Source of the DNA: Escherichia phage ZCEC14
Direction: 5' to 3' (one strand)
Sequence record: OP168898.1
DNA: 64,000 bases
Shown: piece after piece, positions 19,270 through 28,859 of the stretch
How the letters are laid out: each line of letters begins with the position of its first letter
Position numbering within the stretch: position 1 is the first letter of the stretch
Program-made: the position numbers and the translations under genes
Notes under the pieces: generated by a model
Databases searched by the model: none
What the model saw: only the letters and a program-made list of their open reading frames with translations
Told to the model about the DNA's origin: nothing

Positions 19270-20199
19270 ATGAAAACTCGTAAACATTATATTGATTATT
19301 TTGATAGTCTTATTACTAAACACCGTAATTATCAGATTGGGCACAGAGCAGTAATCAATAATATTCTTCGTGATTTCTTTCAATATGTTGGCCAGGAAAA
19401 TCATATCTGTAAAGATACTCAAAACGCTTATTCTCATTCGTTAGGCAATTTGCTTGAATGGTTTAAACGTTCTCGTCTGTTATCTTCTACTGTAGCTAGT
19501 GATAACATTAAAAACTTTATGAAGCCGAGCTTCATTAAATCTGAGACATCTATAACCGATTTGGTTGAATTTACTATTGTTAACGATGTTAAAAAGACCC
19601 ATTTGGCTGATTGGTTATCTACCATTCCCGAAACTAAATTTGCTGATAAATTCGCTTGTCAATTCAATGACCAAGTGAATATGCTTTTTAAGCATGCTCG
19701 TAAACTATTTACCGCGGGCGATGACCGTACAAATACAGTTCATGTTAAGGATTGGGTTATTGCTGATGAAGTAACACACAAGCCAGGTGGTTCATCAGTA
19801 TTAATTAATATCCAGGTTCCTTATTATTACTCACGTAATCTCGGCACCATGACAGCTAGAGAAATTAATAAGCACAACAAAATTATTCGTTCGTTGTCTT
19901 ATAAACTCTGCACGATGGTGGAGATGATGGACGTAGTGGAAATGTATGACGAAACCGAAGATAATGGTTCAATGCTGTACAGTTCACGCATTCTAATTAA
20001 ACTGAAGAACCCTAATACATATAAGCAAGTTGTAAAAGAACCTAAAGTAGAAAAGGTTGATAACTTGAGCGAAGAACGTGAATATCTCAAATCTCGACTG
20101 GTTGAAGTTGAAGCCCAAATTGCAGAACACACCAAATTGTTAAAAGCTCTTAATGCAAAAGCAAATGGTTTACGTAATGCTATTGAGGTATTGAAATGA
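19270..20199 (+). CDS. paralog family member 4
   Basis: 309 aa; MKTR N-terminus as member 2, C-terminal coiled coil. Confidence 0.5.
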   Translation: MKTRKHYIDYFDSLITKHRNYQIGHRAVINNILRDFFQYVGQENHICKDTQNAYSHSLGNLLEWFKRSRLLSSTVASDNIKNFMKPSFIKSETSITDLVEFTIVNDVKKTHLADWLSTIPETKFADKFACQFNDQVNMLFKHARKLFTAGDDRTNTVHVKDWVIADEVTHKPGGSSVLINIQVPYYYSRNLGTMTAREINKHNKIIRSLSYKLCTMVEMMDVVEMYDETEDNGSMLYSSRILIKLKNPNTYKQVVKEPKVEKVDNLSEEREYLKSRLVEVEAQIAEHTKLLKALNAKANGLRNAIEVLK

Positions 20200-20510
20200 A
20201 AAAGCGTCTATTAGAAGACATTGCAGCTTCAAGTAATTCTAGTCTAATTAAAATTATTATGGCTGGTGAAGAAGACGATTTGGAAATGCGTGGAAAGATT
20301 CATGGTTGTGATGATTATAGCAGCCCTATTAATTGGGATTCTGTAATGGTCATGGTTGAACGCCGCGAACGTGCTTCTAAAAACGTTCCTAATTGCCCTG
20401 AATGTGGAACTGAACAGGTCCAATTGATCCATTGGCAGACTAATAATCTTCGTTATAAATGTCGCCATTGTAAACACCGATTTGACCGAGAAGAAAATGA
20501 CAAAGCGTAA
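20196..20510 (+). CDS. hypothetical zinc-ribbon protein
   Basis: 104 aa; CPECG...CRHCKH. Confidence 0.5.
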   Translation: MKKRLLEDIAASSNSSLIKIIMAGEEDDLEMRGKIHGCDDYSSPINWDSVMVMVERRERASKNVPNCPECGTEQVQLIHWQTNNLRYKCRHCKHRFDREENDKA

Positions 20511-20739
20511 AGAATATATGGAAACTGCTGAAAAGGCAGTCCGTGAATTAGCAATAGCTTATTATAATGAACATGGTAAATTTCCTGATAGATACAGCGT
20601 GCTTAAATCTGCTTTAACTCGTTCATATAAAAATATGCTATCAGAAGTAAGTGATATTATATACAAACATAAAGAACAAACGGGCCAAAGTCTTGATTAC
20701 GACGAGACTTTTAAACGAGTACTAGGAATTAAGGAATAA
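20482..20739 (+). CDS. hypothetical protein
   Basis: 85 aa; start uncertain (20482 or 20497). Confidence 0.4.
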   Translation: MTEKKMTKRKEYMETAEKAVRELAIAYYNEHGKFPDRYSVLKSALTRSYKNMLSEVSDIIYKHKEQTGQSLDYDETFKRVLGIKE

Positions 20740-20740
20740 T

Positions 20741-21004
20741 ATGTTTAAAGTATATGGTTATGATAGCAACATTCATAAATGCGTGTATTGTGATAATGCA
20801 AAACGTCTTTTGACCGTGAAGAAACAGCCGTTTGAATTTATCAACATTATGCCGGAAAAAGGTGTTTTTGATGATGAGAAAATTGCTGAGCTTCTGACGA
20901 AACTAGGTCGTGATACTCAAATCGGTTTGACAATGCCACAAGTATTTGCTCCTGATGGAAGTCATATTGGTGGATTTGACCAATTACGGGAATACTTTAA
21001 ATGA
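20741..21004 (+). CDS. nrdC: glutaredoxin/thioredoxin NrdC
   Basis: 87 aa; MFKVYGYDSNIHKCVYCDNAKRLL matches T4 NrdC. Confidence 0.85.
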   Translation: MFKVYGYDSNIHKCVYCDNAKRLLTVKKQPFEFINIMPEKGVFDDEKIAELLTKLGRDTQIGLTMPQVFAPDGSHIGGFDQLREYFK

Positions 21005-21216
21005 TGCTCGAAGGAACTGATTATATTCATGATTACCGCGGAAGCGCGGTATATGTAGGTGATGAGGTTGCAGTTTACTACGGGTATGGAACTTTGATGA
21101 CAGCCAAGGTTATTCAAATTAAAAATAACCGTGCTAAACTTGAAGTTTATTATTCTAATGGTGAAAAGTCTATTTCTAAATGGAAATATGGCGATTGTAT
21201 GGTCAAACTGGGGTAA
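21001..21216 (+). CDS. hypothetical protein
   Basis: 71 aa; ATGA overlap with nrdC. Confidence 0.45.
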   Translation: MMLEGTDYIHDYRGSAVYVGDEVAVYYGYGTLMTAKVIQIKNNRAKLEVYYSNGEKSISKWKYGDCMVKLG

Positions 21217-21218
21217 AT

Positions 21219-21389
21219 ATGATTTACGATATTAGTGTATCAAGAACTCCATCAATGGTTACTATTCCAGCTGAAGAACTAGATCGTCTTCAGAAAATTG
21301 AAGAGCTTCTTTGGGAAATTGAATCTGATTTGCCATCAGGATTAGAATCCTGGATTGATTATGAAGAACTTAATAAGCTTCGGGGTTAA
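21219..21389 (+). CDS. hypothetical small acidic protein
   Basis: 56 aa from ATG 21219. Confidence 0.4.
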   Translation: MIYDISVSRTPSMVTIPAEELDRLQKIEELLWEIESDLPSGLESWIDYEELNKLRG

Positions 21390-21511
21390 ACCCTGGTGGG
21401 CGGCTAGATGGGAAACTGTAGAGCCAGAGCCGGAAGAACCGGTTTACACTGATGAAGAAACAGTATATAATGAACCAACGATAAATGACTTAATTGATAT
21501 GGAGATGGGAC

Positions 21512-21958
21512 ATGATTACAGTAGATAAGTGGTTTAGAATTAATCGTGCTGATACAGGACTGTGTAATTACTGGCCGGAACTTAGTGCAGGTGCTGTCTT
21601 TAAAGTTCGTGAACTTGCAAAAGAATGTGAAGATGATATAGAGCCTGATACTGGAATTATTGAAATTGAACTTTCTGATGGAAAGATTATTAATATCTAC
21701 GATAAGCCAATTACATATTGGTGTTTGTGGAATACTGAATCAGTCGAAAATGGCGAAATTGAAGAAGTTGTAGAGCGAACTAATCAAGTTGTTCAGAAGC
21801 CTAAAGCCGATTTTCAAGGTGAACGTATTTCATACGCATTAGCTAAATTAGCTGCACAAGAAAATAACGATGGCTATGAAGGAAATTTAATGCAAGCTGC
21901 CGCAGAGTACATTGAATGGCTTGAAACTCAAAATTCTTTTTCTGACAGGGCATTTTAA
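21512..21958 (+). CDS. hypothetical protein (between nrdC and 49)
   Basis: 148 aa from ATG 21512 with SD GGAG; track start was TTG. Confidence 0.45.
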   Translation: MITVDKWFRINRADTGLCNYWPELSAGAVFKVRELAKECEDDIEPDTGIIEIELSDGKIINIYDKPITYWCLWNTESVENGEIEEVVERTNQVVQKPKADFQGERISYALAKLAAQENNDGYEGNLMQAAAEYIEWLETQNSFSDRAF

Positions 21959-22134
21959 TGAAAACCGAATTGGTTTATACTGAAAAGTTAAATGGCGGTA
22001 AGGTTTGGAAACTTTTTATTAAAGGACATTCTACGGACCCTCATATGACTACTTGCGTAGGAATCTATTCTCGTCCTACTAAAAAGATGATTCGACAGTA
22101 TAAACGATTGCATCGAATGTTTTACAATACTTGA
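21958..22134 (+). CDS. hypothetical small basic protein (not in ORF track)
   Basis: 58 aa; TAATG overlap with upstream ORF. Confidence 0.35.
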   Translation: MKTELVYTEKLNGGKVWKLFIKGHSTDPHMTTCVGIYSRPTKKMIRQYKRLHRMFYNT

Positions 22135-22138
22135 AAAT

Positions 22139-22175
22139 AATAAATACCCTTATCTATTTAAGGTAAGGGTTTATT
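22139..22175 (+). promoter_or_regulatory. hairpin sequestering the gene 49 SD, with a late-promoter-like AATAAATA
   Basis: ACCCTTA 22146-22152 / TAAGGGT 22164-22170; arrangement resembles reported T4 gene 49 control. Confidence 0.45.
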
Positions 22176-22649
22176 ATGTTATTGACTGGCAAATTATATA
22201 AAGAAGAAAAACAGAAATTTTATGATGCACAAAACGGTAAATGCTTAATTTGCCAACGAGAACTAAATCCTGATGTTCAAGCTAATCACCTCGACCATGA
22301 CCATGAATTAAATGGACCAAAAGCAGGAAAGGTGCGTGGATTGCTTTGTAATCTCTGCAATGCCGCAGAAGGTCAAATGAAACATAAATTTAATCGTTCT
22401 GGCTTAAAGGGACAAGGGGTTGATTATCTTGAATGGTTAGAAAATTTACTTACTTATTTAAAATCCGATTACACCCAAAATAATATTCACCCTAACTTTG
22501 TTGGAGATAAATCAAAGGAATTTTCTCGTTTAGGAAAAGAGGAAATGATGGCTGAGATGCTTCAAAGAGGATTTGAATATAATGAATCTGACACCAAAAC
22601 ACAGTTAATAGCTTCATTTAAGAAGCAGCTTAGAAAGAGTTTAAAATGA
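22176..22649 (+). CDS. 49: endonuclease VII (Holliday junction resolvase)
   Basis: 157 aa; MLLTGKLYKEEKQKFYDAQNGKCLICQRE...HLDHDHELNG. Confidence 0.9.
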   Translation: MLLTGKLYKEEKQKFYDAQNGKCLICQRELNPDVQANHLDHDHELNGPKAGKVRGLLCNLCNAAEGQMKHKFNRSGLKGQGVDYLEWLENLLTYLKSDYTQNNIHPNFVGDKSKEFSRLGKEEMMAEMLQRGFEYNESDTKTQLIASFKKQLRKSLK

Positions 22650-24463
22650 CAATTGAAAAAGAAATTGAAGGATTGATTCATAAAACTAATAAAGACCTTT
22701 TAAACGAGAATGCTAATAAAGATTCTCGTGTTTTTCCAACTCAACGGGACCTTATGGCTGGTATTGTGTCTAAACACATTGCCAAAAATATGGTCCCGTC
22801 TTTTATTATGAAAGCGCATGAAAGCGGAATTATTCATTTCCACGATATTGATTATTCCCCTGCTCTTCCATTTACTAATTGCTGTTTAGTAGATTTAAAA
22901 GGAATGCTTGAGAACGGATTTAAGCTAGGTAATGCACAGATTGAAACTCCTAAATCAATTGGCGTTGCTACTGCAATTATGGCACAAATTACTGCACAGG
23001 TTGCTTCTCACCAATATGGCGGAACGACTTTTGCGAATGTAGATAAAGTACTTTCTCCTTATGTTAAACGCACCTATGCAAAACATATTGAGGATGCAGA
23101 AAAATGGCAAATCACTGATGCGTTGAATTATGCTCAATCTAAAACAGAAAAAGACGTATACGATGCATTCCAAGCTTATGAATATGAAGTAAATACTCTC
23201 TTTAGTTCAAACGGACAAACGCCTTTTGTAACAATTACATTTGGTACGGGAACTGACTGGACTGAACGAATGATTCAGAAAGCAATTCTGAAAAATCGTA
23301 TTAAAGGTCTTGGTCGTGATGGGATAACTCCTATTTTCCCTAAGCTTGTTATGTTCGTTGAAGAAGGTGTTAATCTTTATAAAGACGATCCGAACTATGA
23401 TATTAAGCAGCTTGCTCTAGAGTGTGCAAGCAAAAGGATGTATCCTGATATTATTTCAGCTAAGAACAATAAAGCTATCACTGGTTCATCTGTTCCTGTT
23501 TCTCCAATGGGTTGCCGTAGTTTCTTGAGCGTATGGAAAGATTCGACTGGCAATGAAATTCTTGATGGACGTAATAATCTTGGTGTTGTAACATTGAATC
23601 TTCCTCGCATCGCGTTAGATTCTTATATTGGAACACAGTTCAATGAACAGAAATTTGTTGAATTGTTCAATGAACGAATGGATTTATGTTTTGAAGCTTT
23701 GATGTGTAGAATTAGTTCCTTAAAAGGAGTTAAAGCTACTGTTGCTCCTATTCTTTACCAAGAAGGTGCATTCGGGGTTCGTCTTAAACCTGATGACGAT
23801 ATAATTGAGTTATTTAAAAACGGTAGAAGTTCAGTGTCTTTAGGATACATTGGTATTCACGAATTGAATATTCTTGTCGGTCGTGATATTGGACAGGAAA
23901 TTTTAACTAAAATGAATGCTCATCTTAAACAGTGGACTGAAAGAACCGGATTTGCTTTTAGTTTATATTCGACTCCTGCTGAAAACCTTTGTTATCGCTT
24001 CTGTAAACTTGATACAGAAAAATATGGAAGCGTAAAAGATGTTACCGATAAAGGCTGGTACACTAACAGTTTCCATGTTTCAGTAGAAGAAAATATTACT
24101 CCGTTTGAAAAAATTTCTCGTGAAGCGCCATATCATTTCATTGCGACAGGTGGTCACATTTCTTATGTTGAACTTCCTGATATGAAAAACAATTTAAAAG
24201 GTCTTGAGGCTGTATGGGATTATGCTGCACAACATTTAGATTATTTTGGTGTTAATATGCCAGTAGATAAATGTTTTACATGTGGAAGTACCCATGAAAT
24301 GACTCCTACTGAAAACGGATTTGTTTGTTCTATTTGTGAAGAAACTGATCCTAAAAAGATGAATACTATAAGAAGAACATGTGGTTATTTGGGAAATCCG
24401 AACGAACGCGGATTTAATCTCGGTAAAAATAAAGAAATCATGCATAGGGTTAAGCACCAATGA
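22646..24463 (+). CDS. nrdD: anaerobic ribonucleoside-triphosphate reductase (class III)
   Basis: 605 aa uninterrupted ORF; C-terminal glycyl-radical region RRTCGYLG; no intron. Confidence 0.95.
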   Translation: MTIEKEIEGLIHKTNKDLLNENANKDSRVFPTQRDLMAGIVSKHIAKNMVPSFIMKAHESGIIHFHDIDYSPALPFTNCCLVDLKGMLENGFKLGNAQIETPKSIGVATAIMAQITAQVASHQYGGTTFANVDKVLSPYVKRTYAKHIEDAEKWQITDALNYAQSKTEKDVYDAFQAYEYEVNTLFSSNGQTPFVTITFGTGTDWTERMIQKAILKNRIKGLGRDGITPIFPKLVMFVEEGVNLYKDDPNYDIKQLALECASKRMYPDIISAKNNKAITGSSVPVSPMGCRSFLSVWKDSTGNEILDGRNNLGVVTLNLPRIALDSYIGTQFNEQKFVELFNERMDLCFEALMCRISSLKGVKATVAPILYQEGAFGVRLKPDDDIIELFKNGRSSVSLGYIGIHELNILVGRDIGQEILTKMNAHLKQWTERTGFAFSLYSTPAENLCYRFCKLDTEKYGSVKDVTDKGWYTNSFHVSVEENITPFEKISREAPYHFIATGGHISYVELPDMKNNLKGLEAVWDYAAQHLDYFGVNMPVDKCFTCGSTHEMTPTENGFVCSICEETDPKKMNTIRRTCGYLGNPNERGFNLGKNKEIMHRVKHQ

Positions 24464-24930
24464 ATTATGATAGATTTTATCCTTGCGATTTTGTGAATGG
24501 CCCTGGTTGCAGGGTCGTTCTTTTCGTTACAGGTTGTTTGCATAAATGTGAAGGGTGTTATAATAAATCAACATGGAATGCTAGAAATGGTATTCCATTC
24601 ACTGGTGAAACACTAGAACAATTGATTGAATGTTTGAATAATGATTATATAGAAGGATTAACTATAACTGGAGGAGACCCTCTCTATCCTGACAATCGAG
24701 ATGTTATTCATTGCATTGTTCAAACAGTAAAAAATCTTTATCCCAATAAAAGCATTTGGTTGTGGACAGGATATAAGTTTGAAGATATTAAACAACTAGA
24801 AATGCTTAAATATGTTGATGTTATTATTGATGGGAAGTATGAGAAAAATCTTCCGACTAAAAAGCTGTGGCGAGGATCAGATAATCAGCGACTTTGGTCA
24901 AATACCGATGGGGTGTGGAAACATGATTAA
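24460..24930 (+). CDS. nrdG: anaerobic RNR activating enzyme (radical SAM)
   Basis: 156 aa; CLHKCEGCYN cluster motif; ATGA overlap with nrdD. Confidence 0.9.
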   Translation: MNYDRFYPCDFVNGPGCRVVLFVTGCLHKCEGCYNKSTWNARNGIPFTGETLEQLIECLNNDYIEGLTITGGDPLYPDNRDVIHCIVQTVKNLYPNKSIWLWTGYKFEDIKQLEMLKYVDVIIDGKYEKNLPTKKLWRGSDNQRLWSNTDGVWKHD

Positions 24931-25048
24931 ATTGAATTATATTATGGATACTATAAATGATATGATTTTTCATTTTGGTCCAGAATTTTATTCGCAGTAT
25001 AGTTTAGTGCTTATCAATGCTTGGTTAATTAATTAAAGGTAAAGGTAA

Positions 25049-25264
25049 ATGTATAAATTTCGTAAAGGTTTAGCTGATTTTCTTACAACTGTAACATTCT
25101 TTCTGTTTATGGCAGTTGGAGCTATTTTCCTTATTCCTTTTATTGCTATATTTTTCGTGATTAGTTTGATTTCTCCAGAAAAGGGCTTATCTTCTAGTGA
25201 ATTCAATGAGCGTCTGGATAAAATTACTAACAAGCTGAATGCTGTTCTTGATAAAAAGGCTTAA
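25049..25264 (+). CDS. hypothetical small membrane protein
   Basis: 71 aa; one long hydrophobic segment. Confidence 0.45.
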   Translation: MYKFRKGLADFLTTVTFFLFMAVGAIFLIPFIAIFFVISLISPEKGLSSSEFNERLDKITNKLNAVLDKKA

Positions 25265-25266
25265 TT

Positions 25267-25578
25267 ATGATTAGTTTTGAGCGGTATGTGGTAGAGAGTT
25301 GGAATGGTTTTGATATGTTCGGTAATGACTATTATTTCTATGAATGTAGTCTAAATCCTAGTTTTTGGGCCGGACGTGAACGAGAACTCGAAGAAATTAA
25401 TAATCGTGCTGAATTGTTAGGTGAATTACCTACGGTTTATTTTACCTTTGATGCATCTGGATTTGTTATCCAGGTTTATTTTCCTGAAGAAAATTCTGGC
25501 GATGATTCTGTTAACCCGCCATATTGGGCTTATCAAGGAATTATTTCTCGTGGAACAAAACTCGAACTTAAAGAATAA
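25267..25578 (+). CDS. hypothetical protein
   Basis: 103 aa; stop abuts the glutaredoxin-like domain in the +1 frame. Confidence 0.45.
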   Translation: MISFERYVVESWNGFDMFGNDYYFYECSLNPSFWAGRERELEEINNRAELLGELPTVYFTFDASGFVIQVYFPEENSGDDSVNPPYWAYQGIISRGTKLELKE

Positions 25579-25873
25579 GATTGAAGTCTATGGAATTCCA
25601 GATGAAGTAGGTCGTTGTCCTGGATGTCAATCAGTTACAAAACTTCTAAAGGAGCTCAATGCTCCTTTTACTTTCTATAAAGTTCTTACAAATAATGGTA
25701 AGATTGAGTATGATCGTCCACTGATTGTATCTCTTGCTAAACGCGCTGGATTCACATCTCTTAGTATTCGTTATCCAGTCATTTTCATCAATGATTCTAG
25801 ACAAAAGAACATTAAACACTTCAAAGAAACTCTCATTTCACTTGGATATGATAGAGATATCATAGAAGATTAA
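25550..25873 (+). CDS. glutaredoxin-like protein (NrdH-like), start codon uncertain
   Basis: KIEVYGIPDEVGRCPGCQ redoxin domain; no ATG after upstream stop; candidates GTG 25550, ATG 25502, ATG 25451. Confidence 0.5.
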   Translation: MEQNSNLKNKIEVYGIPDEVGRCPGCQSVTKLLKELNAPFTFYKVLTNNGKIEYDRPLIVSLAKRAGFTSLSIRYPVIFINDSRQKNIKHFKETLISLGYDRDIIED

Positions 25874-25877
25874 GACG

Positions 25878-25897
25878 GGCCCTCTGGGCCTTTCTTT
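25878..25897 (+). terminator. intrinsic terminator
   Basis: GGCCC-TCT-GGGCC followed by TTTCTTTCT. Confidence 0.55.
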
Positions 25898-25971
25898 CTC
25901 ACATTCTGTATATTACCATTCTAAGCTATCGTTCCTTTCTTATCATTCCCTAAAATATTTTTCACAAAGTT

Positions 25972-26001
25972 GTTTACAACAAGTTCAAACCGTGGTATTA
26001 T
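25972..26001 (+). promoter_or_regulatory. T4-type early promoter
   Basis: GTTTAC 25972-25977, -10 TATTAT 25996-26001. Confidence 0.65.
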
Positions 26002-26031
26002 TAACATATGAATTACCTTTGAGGAATTGAT

Positions 26032-26208
26032 ATGGTTGATAAAGAGATTAAAATTGACCAGTATTATCGTGTTAACGGACATATCGTTATTGTTACAGCA
26101 GTCGATGATTTAGATGTTCATTATACTGCGATTAAATGGAACAAACGTATGATTTGTGATCGTGCTGTATTTAGTTCAGTTGCTAAGGAAATTAAACTCC
26201 ATGGGTAA
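26032..26208 (+). CDS. hypothetical small protein (not in ORF track)
   Basis: 58 aa from ATG 26032 with SD GAGGA. Confidence 0.4.
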   Translation: MVDKEIKIDQYYRVNGHIVIVTAVDDLDVHYTAIKWNKRMICDRAVFSSVAKEIKLHG

Positions 26209-26494
26209 AACGTATCGTCGTAAAGACTTAAAAGTGCGTGATTATGACTATTTCGGAAAGCGTAAAGCTCCTGATGGTGTAAGTCATAAAGATATGGTTG
26301 AAAACATTTTTCGCTCAGATAAATGGCGTAGAATGAAAGGCATTGATTCAGAAGTTAAAGATGAGTTAAATCGTCAATTACGCGGTGAAGTAAGAAAGTT
26401 GAAAAAATCAGTTTACATTGACGATGATTTTGATTATAATACTTCTCAACGAGTTGCTAAACGTAAATCAAACGAGTGTTATCGTTACAGCTGA
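26201..26494 (+). CDS. hypothetical basic protein
   Basis: 97 aa from ATG 26201. Confidence 0.45.
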   Translation: MGKTYRRKDLKVRDYDYFGKRKAPDGVSHKDMVENIFRSDKWRRMKGIDSEVKDELNRQLRGEVRKLKKSVYIDDDFDYNTSQRVAKRKSNECYRYS

Positions 26495-26501
26495 GGAAAA
26501 T

Positions 26502-26636
26502 ATGAATATCAAACGAATGCTTTTTAAGCAAGGGCTATACACTTTAAATGTTACTCCAAAAGGCGATACAACTAAGTGGTCAGTAAATGACTGGATTAAA
26601 TTTATTGATGAAAATGGCAATTGGTGGGAAATTTAA
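26502..26636 (+). CDS. hypothetical small protein
   Basis: 44 aa from ATG 26502 with SD GAGGAAAA. Confidence 0.35.
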   Translation: MNIKRMLFKQGLYTLNVTPKGDTTKWSVNDWIKFIDENGNWWEI

Positions 26637-26837
26637 ATGAATCCTGAATCTAAATTATCGCAGCGAATTGCCGAAGCTCGTCGTCAGTTCTTTGAAAATA
26701 TGATAGCCCAAGGTATTGATGATGAAGTTTTTCTGAACTGGTTTTGGAATCACAAATATTCAAGTTGCTCAGGAGCAATATTAATATCAGCCGCAATGAT
26801 GTATGAAGGCTGGAAGGGTGCCAAAAAGTTTAGCTAA
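26637..26837 (+). CDS. hypothetical small protein
   Basis: 66 aa. Confidence 0.45.
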   Translation: MNPESKLSQRIAEARRQFFENMIAQGIDDEVFLNWFWNHKYSSCSGAILISAAMMYEGWKGAKKFS

Positions 26838-26855
26838 GGGCTTCGGCCCTTTTTG
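26837..26855 (+). terminator. intrinsic terminator, TTCG loop
   Basis: AGGGC-TTCG-GCCCT followed by TTTT. Confidence 0.7.
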
Positions 26856-26889
26856 GATAATAAAATTTTAACGTAATTGAGGATAATGT

Positions 26890-27216
26890 ATGACTATTCA
26901 AATTAAAAACGCCATCAATTCTTACGCATATGATAAAGTAGTTTCTTTGCTAGAAAAAGGCGATATTGTAACTCCTCAAATTTTGGATAAATGGGAAAAA
27001 GAGCTTCATCAGACGATGAAACAGAATGATCAGAAGATTGGACGTAATACTGTCCGTGAATTGCTGGTTCAGTATATCTTGTCAGAATTTGATGTTAAAG
27101 CTTTTGGTGTAGAATCTAAAGCTTATCAAAAGCATGAAATTTCCGATAAGACTATTCGTCGCATGAAAAATCAACGCAAGAAAAAATTTGCAGACCTGAA
27201 AATTACTAAGGTATAA
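26890..27216 (+). CDS. hypothetical protein
   Basis: 108 aa. Confidence 0.5.
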   Translation: MTIQIKNAINSYAYDKVVSLLEKGDIVTPQILDKWEKELHQTMKQNDQKIGRNTVRELLVQYILSEFDVKAFGVESKAYQKHEISDKTIRRMKNQRKKKFADLKITKV

Positions 27217-27218
27217 TT

Positions 27219-27434
27219 ATGAACGAAGCTCTTATTAACGATTTGCGTCTTGCTGGATATGAAGTAAATACAAATGGCATTGGTTTAACTCAAATTGAAG
27301 GAAATGGATTCATCCTTGAGTATGAATTTAGCCAATGGTGGTTATATGCTAATTACGGCGAATTGATTGAATATGTTGACCAATTTGATTCACTAGATGC
27401 AGCTCTCGAAGCGGCTAAGTTGATGAATGTATGA
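27219..27434 (+). CDS. hypothetical small protein
   Basis: 71 aa. Confidence 0.45.
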   Translation: MNEALINDLRLAGYEVNTNGIGLTQIEGNGFILEYEFSQWWLYANYGELIEYVDQFDSLDAALEAAKLMNV

Positions 27435-27700
27435 AATTTATTAATATTTCTATTACTATTGAAAATTATGGCATTTTCTATGTTGACCAATACATGAAAA
27501 TTTCATTTTTCCCAAATAAGACTGGTGTTGGATATTGGGAAAGTCATGTTTCTGAATTAAATGAAAGTGAATATGTTAGCACACATGAAAAGTTTTTAGA
27601 CTTTTTATATCATGCTGATTTAACTAGTCATTATATAGATATTCATGAATTTAAAAAGATGATGGAGAAAGTGTTCCAAGCATACTGCTTACTTAGATAA
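27431..27700 (+). CDS. hypothetical protein
   Basis: 89 aa; ATGA overlap. Confidence 0.45.
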   Translation: MKFINISITIENYGIFYVDQYMKISFFPNKTGVGYWESHVSELNESEYVSTHEKFLDFLYHADLTSHYIDIHEFKKMMEKVFQAYCLLR

Positions 27701-27780
27701 CTGATTCATCCTCTATGCTTTAAGATAGATCTTCAAATATTATGATATAATAGATCTATGAATTGAGCTAAGAGGTGAAA

Positions 27781-28338
27781 ATGTCAGAAACTAAGCCTAA
27801 ATATAATTACGTAAACAATAAAGAGCTTTTACAAGCTATTATTGATTGGAAAACAGAATTAGCAAATAATAAAGACCCAAATAAAGTAGTTCGTCAGAAT
27901 GATACTATCGGATTAGCCATTATGCTTATTGCAGAAGGCTTATCTAAACGTTTCAACTTTTCAGGATACACCCAATCCTGGAAACAAGAAATGATTGCAG
28001 ATGGTATAGAAGCTTCTATTAAGGGGCTTCACAATTTTGATGAAACGAAATATAAAAACCCACATGCGTATATAACTCAAGCTTGTTTTAATGCATTCGT
28101 CCAACGTATTAAAAAAGAACGTAAGGAAGTTGCAAAGAAATATAGTTACTTCGTTCACAATGTCTATGACAGTCGTGACGACGATATGGTTGCGTTAGTA
28201 GATGAAACTTTTATTCAAGACATCTATGATAAAATGACGCATTACGAAGAATCAACCTATAGAACACCGGGGGCTGAAAAGAAAAGTGTTGTAGACGATT
28301 CTCCTAGTTTGGATTTTTTATATGAGGCTAACGATTAA
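27781..28338 (+). CDS. 55: late-transcription sigma factor gp55
   Basis: 185 aa from ATG 27781; [24 protein letters not shown] matches T4 gp55. Confidence 0.9.
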
Positions 28339-28540
28339 CCTCTCCGGATTCTTGGAAGAAATACCTGAAGTTGAAGCTATTCCCTATTTACTTAAAATGT
28401 ATCTCAGGGAAGTTTTAGCTCTTGACATTGATATTGATCCAGAAAATCCGTATGATACCGCTTTTAAATCTAATGGTGTAGAATTAAACTATCGGTATCA
28501 TTTAACAGATGATGATTTTTATTTTATATTAGAGAAATAA
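28322..28540 (+). CDS. hypothetical small protein
   Basis: 72 aa; overlaps gene 55 end. Confidence 0.4.
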
Positions 28541-28541
28541 T

Positions 28542-28859
28542 ATGACTGATAAACCCGAAATTAATGATGAAGTGGAAAAGCTTATTTCTTCTATTGAAGA
28601 AAAGAACCGTCTTGAAGCAGAAAGAAAAGCAAATAAGTTATTGTCTAAAAACAAACGCGAACTGAACCGTCTTTATAAGCACGCTCAGATTGCAGCTGAA
28701 AACAATAATTTCGCTCAATACGAATATGCTATCAAGAAAAGTCGGGATATTCTAAAACAGCCATATAACGATGAACTCATTAGTATTCTTTGGAAGACTA
28801 CTAGATCGCAGATTGAGGATATGATTGATGCTTACACGCGTAAAATTCAAGCGTCTTAA
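28542..28859 (+). CDS. hypothetical protein
   Basis: 105 aa. Confidence 0.45.
   Translation: MTDKPEINDEVEKLISSIEEKNRLEAERKANKLLSKNKRELNRLYKHAQIAAENNNFAQYEYAIKKSRDILKQPYNDELISILWKTTRSQIEDMIDAYTRKIQAS

Noticed and set aside
22646-24463. Possible group I intron or intron-encoded endonuclease in nrdD
   Set aside because: The ORF is continuous over 605 codons with no frame break or inserted structured segment.
24812-25036. 74-aa ORF overlapping the nrdG 3' end
   Set aside because: Mostly out-of-frame overlap with nrdG; only the last 37 codons (from ATG 24923) are free and there is no SD, so not called.
27684-27751. MotA-box-like middle promoter upstream of gene 55
   Set aside because: TGCTTTA at 27716-27722 is present but spacing to any good -10 hexamer is 15-23 bp rather than 11-13 bp; left uncalled.
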